This document shows, one piece after another, positions 58,530-64,000 of a stretch of 64,000 nucleotides of DNA. The notes below the pieces were generated by a model, which searched no databases, was not told where the DNA came from, and saw only the letters and a program-made list of their open reading frames with translations. Positions within the stretch are counted from its first letter, which is position 1, and every line of letters begins with the position of its first letter. The DNA comes from Blastocatellia bacterium (GTDB lineage Bacteria > Acidobacteriota > Blastocatellia > RBC074): assembly GCA_046331525.1 (NCBI GenBank), contig JAXLQQ010000020.1, positions 178 through 64,177 of the forward strand, read 5' to 3'. The translations under genes and the position numbers were made by a program.

Positions 58530-59891
58530 TTAACTCTCTTTGACTTTCGAGTTGGAAAGCAGAAAGGCAATGGCGATCAGGCTAAGAAGAATTGCTTCGC
58601 CCAGGATAACCTGGGAAAGCGGCATGTGCAGGCGCGGCAAGCCGGGAAAGAGTTTGCCTAGCGGCGATTGCTCGGCCTGATCCGCCAGCAGTCCCGTGAA
58701 CAGGACGCCGAGCGCCATCCCGCCACGAAATGCAACCATATAAATTGCCATCACGCGGCCCCGCATTTCCTCCGGCACCAGCAATTGTACCAGCGAGGAT
58801 GTCAGCGAAAATGTTGCGACCAAGCCGCCACTGACCAGAAACACCAGCGGATAGGTCAGCCATAGAATCGGGAACGCTGCCAGCACCATCAACAACAGAC
58901 CGGAGCCAAGTTGCAGCAGCAGTACCGTACGACCCTTATGCCGTACATCGCCCAGCCACGCTGAAAATAATGCGCCGATGGCCGACCCTGCGCCCGAAGC
59001 GGAAAGCAAGGTTCCATACAGAAACGCACCATACCCATTGGCATCGGTGTGCAGATGTTCTTTGGCAAAAGCGGGCAGAAAGGTGATGAACTGAATGCCC
59101 AAAAACGTAGACGCAAAGGAAATCATCGTCAGTGAGCGCAGGACATTGCGATGCCAGACGAATGACAACCCCTGCTTCATTTCGCTTTGAATGTTCTTGG
59201 TTTGCTCCGCGCGTATGATTGGTGGGACAACCATCAAGGTCAGTGCGATGACGACCGCGACAAACGACAGACCATTGATGGCAAAACAGACGGCAGCCGC
59301 TTGTGAGGTCAATTCCTTCTTGTCGGCTCCCATCAGCCACAACACGCCGCCGCCAATGACCGGCCCTATCGCCCGCGCTAAATTGAATTGCATCGAATTT
59401 AACGCAATCGCATTTGGCATATCTTCTTTGCGCTTGACCAGAATGGGCATTAGGGCTTGATATGCTGGCCCGCCGAAGGCTTGCGCACAACCGGTCAAAA
59501 ACGAAAGCATGAGAATGGGCCAAACCGATTGCAGGTGAAAGGCTGCGAGCCCTGCCAAAGTGAAAGCGAAGGTCAGTTGCAACCACTGGGAGGTCATTAA
59601 AATTTTGCGCCGATCCACACGATCCGCGACGACGCCGCCCAACAGCGAAAACAACAGAATCGGAATGGTCGCCAAAAAACTGTTGAGTCCCAAAAACCAT
59701 TCGCTACCCGTCAGCGCAAAGATCAACCAATTCTGCGCTGTTTCCTGCATCCACGTGCCGGAACTCGACGTAAATGCCCCAAACCATAACAACCGGAAAT
59801 TACGATATTGAAAGGCGCGAAACGTTCTGCCGAAAAAACCCTTGGATTCTGAAGCGGTTGGAATTGGTTGAGGTTGTGCAGCAGAAGACAT
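58530..59891 (-). CDS. MFS transporter
   Basis: About 12 predicted TM segments and the motif VADRVDRRKIL in loop 2-3. Confidence 0.88.
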   Translation of the reverse strand: MSSAAQPQPIPTASESKGFFGRTFRAFQYRNFRLLWFGAFTSSSGTWMQETAQNWLIFALTGSEWFLGLNSFLATIPILLFSLLGGVVADRVDRRKILMTSQWLQLTFAFTLAGLAAFHLQSVWPILMLSFLTGCAQAFGGPAYQALMPILVKRKEDMPNAIALNSMQFNLARAIGPVIGGGVLWLMGADKKELTSQAAAVCFAINGLSFVAVVIALTLMVVPPIIRAEQTKNIQSEMKQGLSFVWHRNVLRSLTMISFASTFLGIQFITFLPAFAKEHLHTDANGYGAFLYGTLLSASGAGSAIGALFSAWLGDVRHKGRTVLLLQLGSGLLLMVLAAFPILWLTYPLVFLVSGGLVATFSLTSSLVQLLVPEEMRGRVMAIYMVAFRGGMALGVLFTGLLADQAEQSPLGKLFPGLPRLHMPLSQVILGEAILLSLIAIAFLLSNSKVKES

Positions 59892-59990
59892 TCAGGTGGT
59901 TACAAAAGGAAGCGATGGAGGCTGGGCAGGCAAAAGAAGAAGGTGACTTTTACCTGCCGTCACCGGGCTTGATCATCGGATGACCGAAAG

Positions 59991-60410
59991 TTAATTGCTT
60001 ACATCATGGGTGCGGCTTTCCTGCCGAATAGGTAGATAGATTTTGTACCATTCATCGTGTGCCGCGTGTTTGGTGTAGGCTTCCAGGGCCGCTTCATTGG
60101 TAAATTCCATCGCAATGATGGCGTCATATTCCTTTCCATCCTGCGTGGTGGTTTGCAGTTTGACTTTTTTTGTCCACACTCGCAGCAGACCAGGCACAAC
60201 GCCTGCCATCTTTCTGGCACCGTCAAGCGCCGCCTGTTTTTGTTCGGCGGTTGCATCATCTTTCCACTTTACTGTGATGAAGTGAATCAGCGTGCTGGCG
60301 GTGCTGCCACCTGTTTTAGCAGTTGCTTTCGCCGCTTTCTTTTGCGGCGTAGCGAACGCGCCCAGCGCAACGGTGAGTAGCAACCCAACCAATATCGTTT
60401 TCTTGAACAT
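59991..60410 (-). CDS. Secreted Dabb (stress-responsive alpha/beta barrel) domain protein
   Basis: Signal peptide, then LIHFITVKWKDDATAEQKQAAL..AIIAMEFTNEAALEAYTKHAAH. Confidence 0.7.
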   Translation of the reverse strand: MFKKTILVGLLLTVALGAFATPQKKAAKATAKTGGSTASTLIHFITVKWKDDATAEQKQAALDGARKMAGVVPGLLRVWTKKVKLQTTTQDGKEYDAIIAMEFTNEAALEAYTKHAAHDEWYKIYLPIRQESRTHDVSN

Positions 60411-60438
60411 CCGTACTTTGCTCCTTTATCCGAAATTA

Positions 60439-60810
60439 TTATTTACGTTTAGCTGTCCAGGTGCCGGACGCCTGTTCGCCCAGATTCACCTGACCTTTCA
60501 TCGTGTCTTTTTCAATCGTGCCGGAATAGGTGATTTTCCCCAGGCTTTCCGCATTGAATGAAAATTCAATCTTGTCGCCTTTTACCGTGCCCTTGATGTC
60601 AGCCTCGCCGAATTGGCCATTGTATTTGCCCGTCAGTGTTTCGCCTTCCTGTTTGAAGGTAAACGTCGGCGAACCTGACCCGGCGGAGGTTTCCACCGTG
60701 AAGACCCAGGTGCCCGTGACATTTATTTTGTCCTGTGCGCCAACTGCGCCTAACAACAGGCACAGCCAGAATAAGCTCAACGCAATCCGAGTGATTTTGG
60801 CCATATTCAA
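60439..60810 (-). CDS. Small secreted beta-rich hypothetical protein
   Basis: Signal peptide LSLFWLCLLLGAVGAQ and repeated GTW..T/K beta-strand pattern. Confidence 0.55.
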   Translation of the reverse strand: MNMAKITRIALSLFWLCLLLGAVGAQDKINVTGTWVFTVETSAGSGSPTFTFKQEGETLTGKYNGQFGEADIKGTVKGDKIEFSFNAESLGKITYSGTIEKDTMKGQVNLGEQASGTWTAKRK

Positions 60811-60830
60811 ATTTCCTTTCCGGTTTATTT

Positions 60831-60931
60831 GCGGGACGGAGATGATAACAGAAAAGCCGCGAAAACCAGAACGGGCGAGGCAAATTATCGCGGCTTTCAG
60901 CCGGAGGAACTACGCCTCCTTACCGTCCCGC
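60831..60931 (-). other. Nested multi-stem structure in an intra-operon spacer
   Basis: The outer 9-bp stem GCGGGACGG/CCGTCCCGC (60831-60839 / 60923-60931) encloses a 10-bp stem AAAGCCGCGA/TCGCGGCTTT (60853-60862 / 60888-60897) and a GGAGG/CCTCC stem (60903-60919). Confidence 0.4.
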
Positions 60932-61443
60932 TATTTGGCGCTGGGAACGCTTTCGGCGTGTAATTGCTGAAGCTTTTTTTGCAGGGATTGTAATTCCTGT
61001 TGCTCCTGCTGCAACTGCGTTTGCAGTTCGGCCCATTGCTCGTCGAGAGGTTGACGTTTTTCGCGGAGGCTTTGCAACTGCGGGCCGGATAGTTTGGTTT
61101 TCAAACCTTCGTGTTCCGCACGTGTTTCATCTTGCGGCAAGGTTTGCTCAAGGGCGGCGAGTTGACGCTGAATGCGCAGTTCGGCTTCGGCCAGTTGCGC
61201 GCGTTCGGGTTGCAGGCGTTGAATTTCACGCGCAAGCTGCCTGATTTTCCATTCCGGTAGGGTAATGCCCTGCTGCAACATCTCCGCTCGCAGGTTTCTT
61301 ATTTCTGCTTGGAATTGCTGTCGCAACGCGGTGACCTCAGGGCTGATGTTTTGCGTTGCACCATTTTGCGCCCGCGAAAACGGCACCAAAATGACAACTG
61401 CGAGCAAACAACAAAGTAGCAACCAGCAAGAGGCTTTCTTCAT
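60931..61443 (-). CDS. Secreted coiled-coil hypothetical protein
   Basis: Signal peptide MKKASCWLLLCCLLAVVILVPFSRAQ, then a Q/L/E-rich heptad sequence. Confidence 0.5.
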   Translation of the reverse strand: MKKASCWLLLCCLLAVVILVPFSRAQNGATQNISPEVTALRQQFQAEIRNLRAEMLQQGITLPEWKIRQLAREIQRLQPERAQLAEAELRIQRQLAALEQTLPQDETRAEHEGLKTKLSGPQLQSLREKRQPLDEQWAELQTQLQQEQQELQSLQKKLQQLHAESVPSAK

Positions 61444-61519
61444 CTTCTTTCCCCTCCACAGAAAAGCGGCGCAAGTTCCGCACGTTTGTGCCCTAACTTG
61501 CGCCGCGTACATTGCCAAT

Positions 61520-62071
61520 TTAGAAGCGACTGAGCCGCAGAATGCCAATGCGTGCATTGCCCACACCATTGTTGCAGCTTTCTGTTAGGTAAACTTCGAC
61601 GTAATAGGCATTGTTGTCGAAATCAAACGCTGGCAGCGTGGTGCTGTCAATAAAGCGTGTTTGGAACGAGGTGCTTTGCGGAAAGGAATTGCTGTTGATC
61701 GTCATCAACAAATCATTCGCGCCAGTATTGAGGTTGTAACGGAACAAACAAGCTTCGACTTTTGCGCAGGGGCCGGTATCGAGGTAGCGCATCACAAAGC
61801 GCGTCGTGTTCCCGCCAAAGAGATCATCGGTTGCGGTGACGTTATAGCGCAGAGTCGCTGTCCCATAACCGCCCATAAAGGCGACACCCTGGTAAAAGCC
61901 AACCTGTCCCCGGCTGTCTTCGTCCGCGGTTCCGCTTGAACCGACTGCCGTCCAATGTTCCCGATTGCCATCCCCATCATCGGCGGCCAGGCCGAAGGGC
62001 ACGGAACAAAGTAAGATTGCCGCCAGCATCAGCCGCAGCACTGTTTGAGCAGTGAAATTTCTCATATCCAT
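61520..62071 (-). CDS. Secreted hypothetical protein
   Basis: Signal peptide LRLMLAAILLCSVPFGLAA. Start chosen at MDMRNF. No family recognised. Confidence 0.5.
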   Translation of the reverse strand: MDMRNFTAQTVLRLMLAAILLCSVPFGLAADDGDGNREHWTAVGSSGTADEDSRGQVGFYQGVAFMGGYGTATLRYNVTATDDLFGGNTTRFVMRYLDTGPCAKVEACLFRYNLNTGANDLLMTINSNSFPQSTSFQTRFIDSTTLPAFDFDNNAYYVEVYLTESCNNGVGNARIGILRLSRF

Positions 62072-62402
62072 GATCGTTTTCTCCGTGTTGAGTTTGCTGA
62101 GACACAGCTGCGCTCTGTCTCGTTTTGTGCTTAAGGCAATGTCCGGGATTTGAACTACAGGGGATGAAACGGTACTGCCCAAATCCGTCACAACGAAACA
62201 ATTTCCAAGCATCTACCGATTTTGTAATCGGTAAATATTGTTCTGTGAGGTGGCTTATATGATGAGGAACAGGCCAGAGCATGGGATACGCATTAGCGAA
62301 AGTCAAGAATTCAATTATTAAAATAAAACCGCTGCAAAAGGCTGATTTCACAGGGTATTTTGCGAGTACAGGAGGGGCGATGAAAAGTGTATGAGCGGGC
62401 AA

Positions 62403-63089
62403 TCAGCCAACAAATTTATAGCCCAGCCCGTGAATGGTAAGAATAAATTGCGGATGGCGCGGATTGGGTTCGAGCTTTTGTCGGAGCAAGCCGATATGCA
62501 CGTCTACCGTGCGGGTTGTCGGCATCGCGTCATAGCCCCAAACTTCATTCAGCAATTCGTCGCGTGAAATGGTAGCTTCCCGATGCTCGATCAAGTAACG
62601 CAGCAAGTGATATTCGCGCGCGGCCAGTTCGATGGGCTGGCCGTTGCGCGTAACCTCCGCCCGGCGGTAATCCACGCGCACATCGCCGAAGGTATAAACT
62701 TCTGCTGTCGTTTGATCCGGCTGCGGCGTACGGCGCAGGATGGCTTCGATGCGCGCGAGCAATTCGCCCATATCGAAGGGCTTCGTCAGGTAATCGTCCG
62801 CGCCGAGTTTTAAGCCGAGAATTTTGTCTATGACCTGCCCGCGCGCGGTGAGCATAATCGCAGGCGTTTGCACGCTGTGTTGCCGCAAATCGCGTAGGAC
62901 GTCAAAGCCGTTTTTGCGCGGCAGCATTACATCAAGGATGAGCAAATCAAATGCTTCCTGCTTGGCCTTTTGCAAACCAGTTTCGCCGTCCTGTGCGACG
63001 CTGATGGCATAGCCTTCGTCCGTCAGGCAATCGCTCAGCGTCATGACTAAACCGGGTTCGTCCTCGACCAGCAGAATTTTTTTGCTCAT
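62403..63089 (-). CDS. OmpR-family response regulator
   Basis: Receiver domain (ILLVEDEP, DLLILDVMLP, KP) plus a winged-helix C-terminus (RTVDVHIGLLRQKL, GLGYKF). Confidence 0.92.
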   Translation of the reverse strand: MSKKILLVEDEPGLVMTLSDCLTDEGYAISVAQDGETGLQKAKQEAFDLLILDVMLPRKNGFDVLRDLRQHSVQTPAIMLTARGQVIDKILGLKLGADDYLTKPFDMGELLARIEAILRRTPQPDQTTAEVYTFGDVRVDYRRAEVTRNGQPIELAAREYHLLRYLIEHREATISRDELLNEVWGYDAMPTTRTVDVHIGLLRQKLEPNPRHPQFILTIHGLGYKFVG

Positions 63090-64000
63090 ACGTGAACTTC
63101 GCTTTTGGCCTCGACGTGCGAGGTTTGCAGAATTTCTTCGGCGATGGCGGGGAAAGTAAGGATGAATATACTGCCTTGTCCTTCGCTGCTTTCCACGCGG
63201 ATGCGGCCATTATGCGCGTTCACGATGTTTTTGACCAGACTCAGGCCGAGTCCGTTGCCGTGAATTTGTGCGGCTTTGACTTCGCTGCCGCGATAGAACG
63301 GCTCAAAGATATGACGTTGATCTTCGGCGGAAATCCCGATGCCGTGATCGGCGACTTTGATTTGTACCTCTTCTTTTGTGCCTGTCCTGGCCAGTTCTGC
63401 GGTGAGGCCGATCCAGCGTTGCTCGCCGCCGTATTTCATCGCGTTGTTGAGCAGGTTTTGCAACGCGCGTCCGAGCGCCGAGCTATCGGCCATCACGGCA
63501 GGCAATTCAGGCGCGATGCTGGTATCAAGTTGGAAGCCGCCTTCGGCCAGCAGCGGCTGCGAAGAGGACAGCACGTCGTTGATGACCTGGTTGACGCTGG
63601 TGGGATGCAATTCGTATTTCTGCTTGCCTGATTGGACGCCCGCGAATTCCAGAATTTGTTCGACCATTTCCTGCAAGCGGCGCGTTTCCTTGCGAATCAT
63701 CGAACCGTAATGCGCCACGCGCTGCGGGTCTTTGATGACACCGCGCGTCAGGTTGTACCCGGCAGAATCAATCACGGCCAGCGGCGTGCGCAGTTCGTGC
63801 GAGACGCCGGCGACAAAATCCATTTGCTGCTGCGCCAGCTTTTTCGCCCGCCGCACCGAAAGCATCAACAGGCCGATACTGGAAATGAGCAACAACAAAA
63901 CGCCGGAACTGATCAGCAAATTGCGTCGCCGCGCCTGTGCGACTGCGGCATCCAATGAACCAGCGCGGTGTCGAATGCGCAACTCCCACGCTCGATTGTC
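63086..64000 (-). CDS. Sensor histidine kinase (HisKA plus HATPase_c); the N-terminus lies beyond the window edge
   Basis: H-box FVAGVSHELRTPL, N-box LLNNAMKY, G-boxes DHGIGI and GNGLGLS. The stop overlaps the response regulator start. Confidence 0.88.
   Translation of the reverse strand, partial: DNRAWELRIRHRAGSLDAAVAQARRRNLLISSGVLLLLISSIGLLMLSVRRAKKLAQQQMDFVAGVSHELRTPLAVIDSAGYNLTRGVIKDPQRVAHYGSMIRKETRRLQEMVEQILEFAGVQSGKQKYELHPTSVNQVINDVLSSSQPLLAEGGFQLDTSIAPELPAVMADSSALGRALQNLLNNAMKYGGEQRWIGLTAELARTGTKEEVQIKVADHGIGISAEDQRHIFEPFYRGSEVKAAQIHGNGLGLSLVKNIVNAHNGRIRVESSEGQGSIFILTFPAIAEEILQTSHVEAKSEVHV

Noticed and set aside
1-64000. A search for CRISPR arrays, tRNA/tmRNA/rRNA genes, and T6SS, PAAR, VgrG or Tc-toxin partner genes
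   Set aside because: - I found no regularly spaced direct-repeat array.
- I found no tRNA-like T-arm or acceptor signatures such as GGTTCGAATCC.
- No ORFs carry Hcp, VgrG or PAAR motifs.
- The only periodic repeats are the short intergenic units described in the findings.

Overview
The window has two parts.

**Left part (about 1-21 kb): accessory island.** By eye it is more AT-rich than the rest. It contains:
- a sensor-less sigma-54 enhancer-binding protein;
- two giant, divergent RHS/YD-repeat polymorphic toxin genes (about 2100 and 1930 aa), each with its own C-terminal toxin tip and downstream candidate immunity gene;
- a WD40 propeller gene, a minimal AraC-type regulator and a small membrane-anchored protein;
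- a patch of mobile-element debris (ISL3-like transposase C-terminal remnant, orphan Tn7-type TniQ, small tail-anchored peptide gene, about 1.2 kb of ORF-poor DNA) abutting what looks like a 3-prime-truncated comEC.

**Right part (about 21-64 kb): core chromosome.**
- Minus strand: rlmD, coaX, birA, nadC, pdxA, an Hfq-like gene and a complete dcw cluster (mraZ-rsmH-ftsL-ftsI-murE-murF-mraY-murD-ftsW-murG-murC-ftsQ-ftsA-ftsZ).
- Then: a ZIP transporter, a FecR-domain protein, hom, a Ser/Thr kinase with an FHA protein, PilZ, yebC, a RecU-like nuclease, an MFS transporter and an OmpR/HisKA two-component pair (the kinase runs off the window).
- I saw no rRNA, tRNA or CRISPR array.

**Most notable observations.**
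- RHS-1 ends in a cysteine-free, parvovirus-type PLA2-like tip followed by a WD40 protein.
- RHS-2 has an unrecognised tip, a translationally coupled secreted NTF2-like protein, and a roughly 166-aa non-YD insertion.
- Many core intergenic spacers hold long imperfect hairpins whose arms are built from short tandem units.
- Three conserved genes (rlmD, ftsA, FHA protein) each carry an apparent single-nucleotide frameshift.

**Basis.** Gene content and order suggest a Gram-negative soil-type lineage, possibly Acidobacteriota-like, but this is unverified. All family calls rest on motif recognition by eye; no database search was run.
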